Assembly (NCBI GenBank): GCA_013239625.1
Contig: MU054323.1
Span: forward strand, 19,613,082 to 19,677,081
Origin: Lama guanicoe
Lineage: Eukaryota
Length of the DNA: 64,000 bases
Direction: 5' to 3'
The notes beneath the pieces are model-generated. The model was not told where the DNA came from, made no database searches, and worked only from the letters and a program-made list of their open reading frames with translations. Position 1 is the first letter of the stretch; every line of letters starts with the position of its first letter. Shown piece by piece: positions 26,286-39,080 of the stretch. Made by a program: the position numbers and the translations under genes.

Positions 26286-27989
26286 AAAACAAAAATTTTG
26301 GAATGTTGACACCGATTGTCTGTGAGCGGGCAGATTATGCCTGGTTTTGAGTTTCTCTTTCTCACTCTCCACCTTTGGCTTTTCCAAAATTTGGGCAGTA
26401 AAAGAGGGCACTTTCACAGCTGGGACAAGGACTAATCAATGTTCATCTGCGGGTGTCAGAGATAAATTCCACAGAGGCAGAAAGGCTGAACATCACCCCT
26501 CAGGGCCTCAAAGAAGCTCGGTAGGGGGGGTGCTCTTGGCCCCCAAGACAGCACCAACCTGGTGTCCCTCCTCCTAGCAGAAGAATGATAGGGCAGTGAG
26601 ATGCTCGGAGCAGAGCCGCCCAGGGCTCGAGGCCCACCTCAGCTGGGGGCGGGGGGGCACAGCATTGTGGCCACAAGAGCCCCCGCTGCTGCCTCTGCAG
26701 AAAGATTTCTCTGCAATGGGAGCAGGAGAAGCCCCTGTCCTCCTGGCGCCACGGCTGCAGGACCCGTGCGTGACATCCAGAGACACAGGCTCCCCGGGGC
26801 ACTGGGATGGAGAGCGGACGCAAGACTTCCGCCCAGAGGGTCTCCTCCCCTGGGGGCGGGCCTCAGCCCAGCTCCCTCCACAACAGGCGGCACCACCTGG
26901 CCTTCCAGTCTCCATCTCATCCCGGCCAGTGTATGCCAAGTGCTGGATGTTGGCTGTGAGAGCAGAGGGTAGGGGCTTGAGGGGACAAGGCCGTGATCCC
27001 TCCCAGGGTGACCAGGTGGTCGCAGGCATGCCAATACCCTCCTGCTTGTCTAGAGTCCACAGTGGACTTCTGAGCAAATGCTCTTGTCCACAAGCCTCAG
27101 GTCTCCTCCACATCTGTCTGCCTCACCAGTCCTGCCACAGGGACACTGACTGTAGCTTACTGCTGCCCACAGCCAGGGTCTGAAGGACAGAGAGAGGGAG
27201 GGAGGGAAGGAGAGGCTGCCCAGAGCCAAGCATCTTTGGTTTTTAAAAAGCCAGAACCACAGGCTCTGAAGTCTAATTCTCAGATGAGGGGATCCCCTCT
27301 CCTCACCACAGAAGAGCATACTTCCTCCTTGCCGTCTGCAGCTCAGTCTCCCCTCCTAGATGCTTAGGGAAGCGTTTTGCCTGAAGGAGTCAGGATTTGA
27401 ACACAGGCAACCAGACCCCTGAATCCAAACACTTCTTAGGTCAAACTGCCTTCTGCACAGAAATTTTCAAAAGAAATTTCACTTGGACCCCAAGCCTCTT
27501 GCGGGTACAACAACGGTCTCTCCCCGGGAGCCGAAGTTTCCTCCAGCCCCAGCCTCACGCTGAGTTTTGGCTACCGGAGCCTCTCTTCTCTCCCTGAGAA
27601 GAAACTGGGGGAATATTCCACCCTCTTCTGGTGAGTGTGTCCACACTTGCCCTGGGCCAGAAGGCGGGCCAAGGACCGCTTGCACAGTGCTGACACCTCC
27701 AGGTGTGCTGTGGCCTCCAGCCCCCTGAGCAGGTCTGCGGCCTCAGATCCCAGGGGCTGGGGATTCCGTGCTCGGAAGCCCAGAGCCAAGCTGCCTAATC
27801 TTGTCCAAGAAAATTCTTTGCAACCTGGTGATAATACCCACAAGGGGGCAGCAGACCCTCATGAAAAGAAACTCCTTAAAGTAGAGGCATTTGAGCCCTC
27901 AGGGGCCCTTACTGAGGATCCTGACAGCCCACCGAGCACTCAGGTGGTTGAGTAACAGGGGTTAGAGCACAATCATTCTCTATATCCGG

Positions 27990-28400
27990 TTAGTGCTTCC
28001 TGCATGGCAGACTAGCCCCTGTATCACCTCATCTGAACCGTACAGTGGTCCTGAGGCAAGGGAGCACCAACATCTCTACGTGACAGATAAGAAAGCCAGG
28101 CTCAGAAGGGTTAGGTGACTTGTCCGAGTCAGAGGGCTGGTCACTTATCAGATCAGGGACTTGGGTGCCGGCACGTGCGCTCCCCACGGCTGTCTACGGT
28201 CATCACAGCGGGAGTTTCTCGCTTGCTTCCCACACATGCAAGTCCTCTCTCCACCTTCACAACAACCTGTGAGGCACGCTAACTATCCCCACTTTATAGG
28301 CAAGAAAAGAGAGGTGGAGGAAATTAAGTAACTTGCACAAGTAACAGATAGCGTAGCCAGGATCTGAACTTGGGTTCGGCCGACCCAGTGTTCTACTACC
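27990..28400 (-). mobile_element. Two adjacent MIR SINE remnants
   Basis: gacagataagaaagccaggctcagaagggttaggtgacttgtcc and cacaacaacctgtgagg...tatccccactttatagg...aattaagtaacttgcacaag. Confidence 0.7.
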
Positions 28401-29589
28401 ACCTGCTGCGTCCCCACTGTCACTTGTAGGTCACAAACATTCACTGAGCAGCATCGGTGTTCAGTCTGGTCGTGTGCTAGTCACCAGTGATGCGGCATCC
28501 AATCTAGGAAAACCTAAGATGAAGGTGCCAGGGGACCCACCTAGGTGAGTACCACTAGCCCCATTTTTATAAATGAGGCAACAGGGCCTAGAGAGGTGAA
28601 TGGACTTGACTGAGGCCACAAGAATAAGCAAAGGGCCGGGGGTTTGCACCCAGCCCACTTGCTACTGCTGCCGCTTTCTTAGAGCTCCAAGCACCAAATT
28701 TGCTGAGGAGAATATCAGGAATACGAACTGTCCCCAAACACAAGGGAAATTCTGTTGTGACGGTCGTCTCATCGGATCTCTGGGGTCACCCGTGCTCAGC
28801 CTGCAGCCCAGACTTCCGCCCTTCTCATTCCCAGAAACTGCTTCCCCTTCCCATCACCAAGTCAGGCTCTTCTCCCTCTGGAATGGCCCAGAAAACTAGA
28901 CCATTTTGCATACTGAGGACTCTGGATGAATAGCTGCTGTTGAGGGTCAAATGGGTTTCCCCAGGGCCATCTCCAGTCTGCACCCCACTACCACCAAGAG
29001 GCACAGAGTTAGGGCAGCACCGGGCATCGGGTGCAATGCCTGGGCAGGCAGGTGTTCTCCTCCTTGGGTCTTGGAGCCCCTTTACCCAAGCAAATCCCTC
29101 TCCCTGGGCACCTCTTTTGTTCTTCCAGCAGATTCAGTCCTCAGTCTGCTGGGAAGCTCCTGCATCCTCAAGGTTGCCATTTCCTGGGGATTTTGCGCTT
29201 ATGTCCCCTCGGGGGTCTTAGAAAAATATGCCCCCTTCTCTACTGCCCTCTAGAGCAAGCTCATATGCCTACTGTAAGAACAGTGGTATCGTATCTGAAA
29301 AGACTATTGGATTTGGAAATCTGAGCTCAAAGATATGGATATAAAACCCAGTTTTCAGACTCACCAGTGGGGGACAAGGACAAATCTCTGAATTTCTCTG
29401 GGCTGGGCATCACCCTCCTGTCCTTACCACAGGAAAGAGAGCCTTGGGGTTAGAGTGGCATTAAATAAAGTGATGTATCACAGACGGCACTTTGCAAACT
29501 GTTAGCTGCTACACAAACATTAGCTCTTCTTGCTGCACATCAATCAAGAAAAAAAGGGAAGGGAAGGATGTAACATGTGATTGAAGTAT

Positions 29590-30420
29590 GAATACTCAGG
29601 AAATCGCCCCCAAAATGAGCAAAGGCCCTGAACAGATATTTCACTAAAGAAGATATGTGGGTGCCAAATCATCACACAAAAAGATCCTAAACATCATTAG
29701 GCAGTAGGTAAATACAAATTAAAGCCACAATGAACTGCTACTACACACCTGTGAGAATTACAATTTTAAAAGAAAATAACCACACATACACACAGTGCTG
29801 GTGGGAAGGCAAAAGGGTACAGCCACCTTGGAAAACAATTGGGCAGTTTCTTAAAGTTAAACGCAGACTTTTCATATGAACCAGCAATCCTGCTTCTTAG
29901 CATTTAACCAAGAGAAACGAAACAAACAAAAGCGAGGTCTACAGAGGCTTACTCATAATAACCAGACCTGGAGACAACCCCGGTGTTCTTCAGTGAATGA
30001 GTGGATCGGTGAACGGTGCTACACCCTGCAACTGGATACCGCTCCGCAACAAACAGAAGAGCGCACTGCTGACACCCACCGGACGCCTCGCCGGTGCATC
30101 GCGCTGAGTGGAAGAAGCGGGACCTCGAAGAATACATACTGCGTGAGTCCACTTGTATGACCTTCTGGAAAAGGCAAAACTATAGTGACTCAGGACCCAA
30201 CTAGCAGCTGCCAGGGGTGGGGAAGTTAGCAGCAGGCTGCCTACAAAGGGGCAGAAGAAGGGAGTGGCTGCAGAGGTGCTTAGTGATGGGTTGGTTTTGT
30301 ATTCTTACTGTGGTTGTGATTAAAGGACACCATACATTTAACAGAACTTTTAAAATTGTCCACCAAAAATAATTAACTTTACTATATAATTTCAAATAAC
30401 TTTTAAAAACTTTTCTAAAG
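29590..30420 (+). mobile_element. Old L1 (L1ME-like) ORF2 end and 3' UTR
   Basis: gcaaaggccctgaacagatatttcactaaagaagatat...cagccaccttggaaaacaattgggcagtttctt...ttctggaaaaggcaaaactatagtgac. Confidence 0.88.
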
Positions 30421-30749
30421 CTGCATAATCAGCCTAGTATTTAATGGATGGAAATTTTTCTTCATTCCCTTTGCTGCTGGAACTTGTATTCCAATTACTT
30501 CCCCCACTGAATTTTACCCTAATGTAATATTTTGATGGTTGAAAGTCTTATTCATCATCATCATCATATCATACTTCTTACAACAAATACATAATTTAAA
30601 TTTAATTCTTAAAAAATGCCTTGTGATCCTAAGGCTAAGTGCTAAAAATATTCCTCCATTGAGTTGTCACTATATTATTATTTGGTACACAATTGATCAA
30701 AACATTAATACGTTACATAAAAAGTAAAAATTCATTAGAAATGTATTTC

Positions 30750-31650
30750 TTAAGAACTTGTCTTAATTTTCCATGTGTCCATTGCCACAAAGATGGAATT
30801 TCAGAATCAATTCTGTTCTCTTTTTCAGTTTAATAGAAGTAAGCACTGAGAAACTTGTCCATATTAGTGGATGGCTAGAACCAGGAGTTTGGCTATTAGA
30901 ATGTCACTTCTTTGAACAACTCCTGAGTTACATGCCAAGGATGACAGTGACATTCTCCCAAACTCATTTTTAATGATGAACAGGTGTCAAATCAAACTGA
31001 CAAGAACTAAAAGCCAGCTATCTTGCAGTAGTCATTTGCTTTTTCATTTTCTGAAAAGTATAATGAAAAAGCTTTCCCAAGACTTATCAAATGGCTCACA
31101 AGCATTCATTTTACCCTCTCACTTAGAATCACCTTATTCAAGTCAATATACTTTAAAAGGTTTAGGAAAATGGAGATAGTGGTAATCTCAACATATTTTT
31201 ACCAGTGTAATAATTTCTAACAAAATAATTTAATGTCATTGTGCTTCTTCTTTATGTTTTGATCAAAACATTGGACCCATCGATTAAGCTCAACTGATTT
31301 ATGGGAAGTAACAGTCAACATTAAAGTTATGTAAATCTATGTAATTAATTACCCCTGGTTTTAAAAGTTGTGAAACAAGATGGTTAATAAATGTGTTATT
31401 TCTGTTTCCTTAATTTGTGATAATGGAAAGTAATGAGTAGCAAAAATTGTTTTGCACAAGGCAAGATGTCTGATCAAAATAATAGTATTCCTTCAATGTA
31501 TGTGTGTGTTATCAAGTTCTTGCATTCAGCCTTTGATAAAACATAAATAAAATTCCACATTTAAAATTCAGAAATTATTAAACAACATGATCAAACTTTT
31601 CCTACCCATGTAAAGACCGAGAAAGATATACACAACTGAAAAACAAAACC
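30750..31650 (+). mobile_element. Decayed hAT transposase fragment, ZNF862/Arthur-like (Tip100 group)
   Basis: Collinear motif remnants: FFSLIEVST (~30820-30848), SIHF (~31100), CETRWL (31369-31386) and VIKFLHSAFD (31508-31537). Spacing is compatible with the hAT catalytic core. AT-rich, with frameshifts. Confidence 0.55.
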
Positions 31651-33204
31651 AATCAGTTTAGCAGCTAGCATATAACTTGTATTTTTATTAGTAGTGATAG
31701 AAAATATTAAATATTTAATAAGATGAAATGAGATAAGCATTAGGTATAATCAACTGATGATTTGATTTGAGAATATAGATTTTGAGTAATTTATTGACTA
31801 ACTCGGAACAATCTGAAATAAATCACAAGTTTTACCCACGTATTTTTTCAACTGTATCTTGAATAATTTGGTAATACCAGGAAAGCTTAAAAGAATCAGC
31901 ATCATTAATTACTTGCGCTGGTTAAACGTGGGGCTCTTTTCCTAGCCCATAAGGCCTGCTAGAATGAGTATGAGAACAGCTGAAAGGAATTGCTTGTGTT
32001 AAACACTTGAAAATAGCCATTTTAGCACTTCATATATTTTTCATGCTGTCTTGGCTTCTCTCTTCTAGAAATTGCCTTCAAGAGGGACTCATTCTTTGAC
32101 AGTAGTCTGGGGTGGGAGAAGGCAAGACTGATCATTAAAGGAATTTTGCCTTCAGTCCAACTGCCCCCACTCTACACTATATTAGAATTCAAACATCACA
32201 AAATAGGTCAAAATACCCTTTTCCAACACTATGCTTTAACTTTCAGAGAAATGTGTTTAAGATACAAAACCAGAAGGCAGGTTTATGGCTCTTTAATTAA
32301 TCATTAAAGGAGGCCCCTGGAAGTGTTTCAAGTAATCCCTTTATTGGGGGCCTCTGAGGTTACACACTGGGGCAGCACACCACAGGGAGAGTCCGAGGGG
32401 GTGAGAAGTCCTGCCTGCCTCTGGGAAGCGTGGAAGGCGATTGTGGGAGGGGAGAAAGAGCTTGAAGCTGCTGAGAGGGTGCTTCAATTGCCTGCTTTTC
32501 AATGGGGAAACTTTAGGAAACATACATATAGAAGTTAAGGATCTGGAAACAGATTCCCTTCCCATGCCTTTAAACCTCTTGGAAACCCTTCCTATAACCC
32601 CCATTTAAAGACGCTCTAAGATGCTGCTCAGAGAATACATCCACTGTCTGTTGAAAGTGGTTCCAGGACAAAGAGAAACCAGTCAGTCACCCTAGCAAGG
32701 CCTTCCCACATTCCTGTTTCCGCTCCTGCGTCTGTTCCTGCACTCAAAGTATCTGGGATTCTCATCCTGCCCGGTTCAAGAAGTCTCTCTACAAACTCCT
32801 GGTCCTCAGCCCCAGCCACCCCGTCATGACCCCACGTCTTTCAAGACTCAACTGAGACCTCCTTTATCTATCCTTACTCCCGTATGGACTTGCACCGCCA
32901 CCCTACCCCATATATCCTTTACCAAAATATTTGTAATACTTGATTAATTTTGTTTACACATCTGTTCCCAATTTTGGAATTCACGTTTTATTCCTTTATG
33001 TGTCCTCAGTTCCTAAAATAGTTTAGAAGTGGAATAAACGTCAGTTGAATGAGTGAAACTAAGGCTTACTGGTTGTCTCCGTTGATGACAGCCTCTTGGT
33101 CCAGCCCCGTCCAATTTTAAGGTGACCCAGGCCTGACACCACACAACCAACATTGGGCTACAGGGTGACCTGCCTGCAAAGTTCTTTGAACTTTTTCAGG
33201 ACTC

Positions 33205-33378
33205 CAAGCCACTGATACACATTAGAATCACCTAGGGAAACCTTTTTTTTTTTAATGCTGATGCTCAGAACTCCACCTAGACCACTAAATCAGAAGCTGT
33301 CTTGAGAGTGGAACCCAGGCATCAGTATTGTTGAATTTTCCCAGACGATTCTAACAGGCAACTGAGATTGAGAACTGC
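33205..33378. mobile_element. MER5A-like MITE
   Basis: cacattagaatcacctaggga...aaatcagaa...cccaggcatcagtatt...cccagacgattctaac...ttgagaactgct. Confidence 0.8.
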
Positions 33379-33639
33379 TCTCGTGAGACATGCTTATCTG
33401 CAACCCAAGGAGCACTGGGTTTACACTAACTTCAGCTGTGTACGAATTCTCAGTTCTGCCCCAAGTTCCTAATCTTCCCTCCAGGTGTGGGCTCCCAGAC
33501 CTTTTCCTCCGAGCTACATGCACATCCACCTGGAAGTGAGCCCAGCATTCAAGCCCACCCATGATACCATATGTCTAAATATTTGAAAGTTATAAATCAA
33601 GCTAAAAACTGTTAAATACTGTCTGTCCCTTCCTCCTTC

Positions 33640-36620
33640 CTTGACAAATATAACTTTCATAACATCAAAATTGAAAAATGTGTGCAAAGCTATGGTTCTT
33701 GTATGACTAAAAGTTGGCAAACTATCAAAGATAACTGATTGCATATGTCTGCACGTCTCGGTGAGCTGACGATGTTCAGGTGGGCAATGTAAAAAAGATA
33801 CACCATAATTAACTATTATAAACTTATTCCATAAATTCTCTGTCTTGTCCTTCATTTCAGCAAATCACTTATTGTGTTGCTATAATCTAAAATTATAGAT
33901 GCCAAAATCGGCAATTTTAATGTAGGCAAACACTGCTCAGGTAACAACCATTGGACTTGTCAGTACAATTCTCAAAGCAATACTTAGATTGGAAATGAGT
34001 CATGAATTTTACATACCACACTCAAATATTGTAATGTGGTCACGTATGATAACTTCATGTTGTTACTGGACATACAAAATATTTTCATTTTATTACACAA
34101 ACTGCTGTCCTTATATGAATAACATATTTATGACTTATATAGTCATTTTTAGCTTTCCTTACAATGTCTAGATCAATATGGCATTTTCATGGGTTCTTCT
34201 TTTTTAATTTTTCTGAACTGGGTTATTATAAAGAAAACTGAAAATAGCAAGATGTGGGTTTACTTGCTCAAACTTCTCCCTGATCAAGATCCTTAATCTA
34301 GAATGGCCAGAAAACAGTCTATAGAAACCAGTTTCCAGATTGTATATTATTGAATCTTCTCCACAGTCATACAAATGTTTTTGTTTCATTGTTTGGGTTC
34401 ACTTGTATTTTCCTGGAATAGTACTTCTGTTGCATATTTATCATGCAATTTTTTTGAGAATGACAATTTTCTCTACATTTTTAAACACCTTTTTAGAATC
34501 CCTTTAAAAGTGAAATAACCAAACCATTTTAATGGTTCAGGGTTTTGATTGTTTTTGCTTCTGTCCTTGTAACTCTTTGGTAACACTATTTATAGCAAAC
34601 AAAAGTTCATAATAAATGACTGAAGAGTGAAAATTCAAAATTAATTTCACTTTCTGCCAAAGACCAAGATTTGTTCTTTGAGGATCTTATATTGTTCGGC
34701 TTAATTCTACTAATGTATTTCATATCTTGTCTAAATTAAATCTAGTTGCTTTAACAGCATTTCATTGGAATTCCCGTTGTAGGGCTAAGAGTGTCTGCAG
34801 AGCCAGATTTGGTATGTGTTTCATCAGGATGTTCTACCTTTGAGCAGTAACAATGAACTATACTGAAAACAATGTCTATAATCTGCAAGTTGTTCCAAGG
34901 AATGCCACTGCTACCAGCACTGCAAAGCTAGGCTCGTCCTGCTAAAATTCAAACTACTCTTCAGAGAACGCTTCTGTACTTGCAGCTAAATTTCAGAGTT
35001 GTTTACCTTTTTCTTTGACAATCATGTTAGCATCATTATCACAAGCTTATGATAAGCTTTTAAATCAGTGGCTAAATTTGAAGCTGTGTCTTCAGTTAAG
35101 ACAAAACCTGTATATTTCACAACAGGTGTAAAACCAACAAAAGATTCATTAATTTTATGTTTCCTGTTTTTTTCTGATAGTTTAGCAATGAGTGTCATAA
35201 ATATGTTATTCAACAAGACTCTTGACTCTGCTACAATCTAGTTGAACTGAGTAATGTTTTCTATTTTTAAAATTATGTATGTTTTTATCATTTTATTATC
35301 CATTGACTTAATAATCTCTTTTTAATCCTCCATCTTCAATAATGATCATTTGATTCTCTTTAAATCTCTGTTTCATGTTTAATCATTCTAGCAGAAAATG
35401 TTTAAATCATTTATATAAAACCCAGACAACCTTCCACTGTTTTCCGTAAAGATAGCTATTACCATGAAAAGCATCATTTTGTTTGGCTAAATATTGGGCA
35501 CATAAATATTTTTCTTTTAAAAATATCTCACCAATATTCTGTATTGGTGTTTACTTGTCTTTGTTAAATACCACTAAATGTCTGCTGCCTTTCTCTCTTG
35601 AACAATTGCTTGGGTGATTTTTGTGTGTGTGTACAAGTGATTGACCTCTTCTGGCTGTAAATAACCTCCTCCCCCAAAGCTGATCTTAAAAGATTGATTG
35701 TAATTGGTACTGAATGAACAAATATGGTCTTTGAACTTAACATATAGAAGCCAGTTTCTACAAGTTCTTTCTCCAAATGAAAGAATGGTGGTATGAGATG
35801 AAATATTAAATTATCTTGCCACGTTCATCGAAACAAAATTTATAGCCGTTCATTTGGATGGGACTGTGTTTTAAGGAAATACTCTTCTGCAGTGAGGAGG
35901 ACATGATGGGCAATTTTCCAGAACCAGCCTCCCACAAGCACAGTAAAGTTCCCAAAGTTTCCATTCATCATTCTCCTCCCACTGGGCTAATTTCATGAAT
36001 GTCATTTTCTTCGTGTCTCCTAGACAGGCACGAGCTGCATCCAGGGCTTCTGAGTTGTAAATGTGATACGAACAATTCCCTTTTACACTTTCATTCTTTT
36101 GATTGCTAATTAAATCTTCACTAAAGAAATAATTTGTAAGGTTCGGTGTAAAAATTTTATATGGAATAGTCCAACAAAATCATCCTCACTTTTGTTTTTT
36201 TCTGCTGTTTTTAATGATTTAATTAGATCGCCTCTTTGGCAATTTTCTGTTTCTTTTCAGCTTCCAAGCTTTACTCTCCTATTTTTTATTTTTAATCACA
36301 ATCTTGACTTGTATTCATTTCATTCATTCTCAACGATGAGAAGATTAATGTGAAATGTGACCCTATTCAAATTTGCCTCATTTGAGTAGATCTCATCAAA
36401 AATGGGGGAAAATGAACAAGGAAAATTATGTTTACCTGTATTTGACATTTATTTTAAGAATATTTTAATATTTATAACTATCCATTAAAATTTTATGGCA
36501 AAATCCAAATCAGAATGAATGAATATAAAATTTTAAATAACAGTGATGTTGTAATTTGATTTTCTGAAAATTTAATTTGACCATACTTAGCATTTTTATA
36601 AAAAGAAAGCATCCTTTATT
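33640..36620 (-). mobile_element. Near full-length decayed hAT-Tip100 (Zaphod-like) DNA transposon; transposase pseudogene at ~36300-33830
   Basis: Minus-strand motifs in order: RNWLLY (TTF-type zinc finger, ~35750), QYLAKQNDAFHG (35496-35461), KHYSVQLDCS (~35245), INESFVGFTPV..TG..LTE, CDNDANM (35043-35023), ILMKHIPNLALQTL, YYELLFAINSVTKELQ, FPNLSIALRIVLTSP (~33975, with a frameshift) and LDYSNTIS/FAEMK. Many stops; element ends not defined. Confidence 0.85.
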
Positions 36621-37609
36621 TTTAAATTGCAATGAAGCCTCACAGTTCTAGCATCCAAAGGCTATCTGGTTGTCTGCTCATGTGAGGAACAGGTGTTAGG
36701 CCTCACAGGAGTTCCATCGAGACATACACGTATGCAAATCTCAGCGTAGTATGAATTGAGGGTTGCACACGTTCCTTAGACACTGGATATTTGCAATTGT
36801 TACAGATATTAATATTGAGCTAATTCCTGAACATCTTCATCACCAGGAATTGGAAATTAAAGAGAAGCCAGGAAAACAGATTCTTAGCGCTTCTGGAAGA
36901 TAACACTTGGTAAGAATCAATAGGATTTATGCTACCTGAGAGGAACATTTTCACAAGTTAATCAGTATTTTCCCCACCTAAGGGCTTCTGCCACCAAAAT
37001 TCTCCTTTCTGATATTGGCGGCAAGACAGCTCCCAAAACTTCCTCACATCAAAACACAGCCGCCTTTCATTTCAAGGACAAGCCAGTAAGGACAAATGGA
37101 GAAGCATTTGCTAGAGCCTGAATGCTGTTAGAGAGCAAAGGTCTGGCTGGAGCTGCAGGTCACACCATGCACATGTTGAGTGCCACAACCAAGTGACATC
37201 TTTCTGTGTGTTTGTAACACGTGGGGCCCTCCTGCCCGGGCCCAGCAGTGCTAAATTCCACTCTAGCCCCTGGACTCATGTCCCCCAGGAGAAAGGCACT
37301 TCCTCACCTTGTCCCAGAAAGCCATGGCTTCACCCCTCCCCACCCTAACACTGCATGCCTCAGCACAGCCCTCCTGAGGGTCTGTGGACCCACCAGAAAA
37401 CCCAACTATCCCCAGCCTGACTCTGCCCTGCTTTGCCCAGAGAATATTCAGTCTTCCATACCATTCAAAATATCATCACCTCACCAAGGCTCTGCATGTC
37501 TGCCTCATGGCACCAGCCCCAAGGGCACAAGCAGACTGACACCCAGACAGGTGAATGGTATCATGACTCTTCAGACTAACGTCTTATTTTGTTTTTTAAT
37601 GTTTGGCAG

Positions 37610-37830
37610 CAGTACAGCAGAGCGGTTAATTGCTGGATCTCTGTAGACCTGCCGCTTGGATTGACATTCCAGCTCTGACACTTAAAAGCTGTATAACCTG
37701 AAGTCGAGTTACTTATCCTTTCTGAACCTTAATTTTCCCTCTGTAACATGGGAATAATAACGCCTACCTCACGCATTGGTGGGGGCCATATAGGCAATGA
37801 CATACACAAAGTAACTAGCACTTTTCCATA
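37610..37830 (+). mobile_element. MIR SINE
   Basis: attccagctctgacactta..agctgtataacctg..gagttacttatcctttctgaacctt...tgtaacatgggaataataacgcctacctcac. Confidence 0.75.
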
Positions 37831-38257
37831 GCTATTCTTTTCCTTATTTGTTTAACATTGGTTACATGTTTATTTTACATTAATGATTTCTAACACAACA
37901 TTGTAAATCAACTAAACTTCAATTTTTTAAAAAAGGGCAAAAAAAAAAACCCCACAGAAGACAAATAAATAAATTTAAAAAAAAAACAACAATACTGCTT
38001 TCTTCAGGCTTAAGACATGAACTGTATCACAGGTAATTCTCCAAACCAAAAAATGTATTGGGGTGGGGTGACATATTAAAGCGTTTTTAATTTGCATAAT
38101 AATGTGAATCATTTGTAACTAGCAGATGTATTGGTCCAACTTGTCTCAGAATTATAGCAACTGTAAAAGTCAACATCAAGCAACTATCAATGGCTAGACT
38201 TGGGATTTAAAGTGCCATGCAAAGAAAACATAACGTTTGCATGTATAGGAACCAGAG

Positions 38258-39080
38258 TGTGATACTGTGATTTATAATAAGAAATATATATTAGGTTTTT
38301 TGTCCTAATTCCTGGTACAGAGCTCCTAAAACCCTTGGAATCTCCTGCATGAGAAGACTGATAAAGGTGCCTTGGTGTTTATAACAAACCCCTTTCAACC
38401 ACACCAGAGTTTATGTTAATGAGGTGACTTTTGGAAGGCACCTAAGGTTGGTCCTGGTTGCCGTGGGAACCAGTCATCTGATTTGAGGGTGGACTCTTTC
38501 AACTCTACTGCCCTGCCCTCTAGGGAGGGGGAAAAGGGGCTGGAGACTGAGTTCAGTCACCAATGGCCAATGATTTAATCAGTCGTGCCTACCAGTGAAG
38601 CCTCCATAAATACAGAAGGACAGTGATCAGAGAGCTTCCGGGTTGGTGAACACGTGGAGATTCAGGGAGAGTGGCCTGCCCAGAGAGGACGTGGAAGCTC
38701 TGTGCCCCTTCCCACATACCTTGCCCTACGCATCTCTTCCACCTGGCTGTGCCTGAGTTGTATCCTTCTATAATTAACCCATAATCTAGCAAGTAAAATG
38801 TTTCTCTGAATTCTATGAGCCGCTCTAACAAATTAATCAAACCCAAGGAGGGGGTTGGTGGAACCTCCGAATTATAGCCAGTAGGTCAGAGGCACAGGTA
38901 ACAACCTGGCCTTTTATTTGGCATCTGAAGTGGGCGGGGAGACTGAACCCTTAACCTGTGGGATCTAACGCTACCTCCAAGTAGATGGTGTCAGAAGTGA
39001 GCTGAACCGTAGGATACCTAGCTGGTATTGGAGAATTTGTGGGGCGGAGGGAAAACCCACACATTGGAATTGGGAGCAGA
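38258..39080 (+). mobile_element. ERVL solo LTR (MER21-like)
   Basis: tgtgatactgtgatttataataagaaatatat...agagctcctaaaacccttggaat...caatggccaatgatttaatc...catctcttccacctggctgt...ttggcatctgaagtggg. Confidence 0.88.

Noticed and set aside
26500..27183. Stack of overlapping 107-195 aa ORFs on both strands
   Set aside because: This is expected in GC-rich DNA with few stop codons. There is no homology, no preferred frame and no clear splice structure.
33830..36300. Functional domesticated transposase gene (ZMYM1/THAP12-like)
   Set aside because: Numerous stops and frameshifts, with no track ORF above ~70 aa in the core, indicate a fossil.
30450..36620. Processed pseudogene, nuclear mitochondrial insertion or endogenous viral element as the cause of the AT-rich block
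   Set aside because: I recognised no host mRNA, mitochondrial or viral motifs, whereas hAT motifs explain much of the block.
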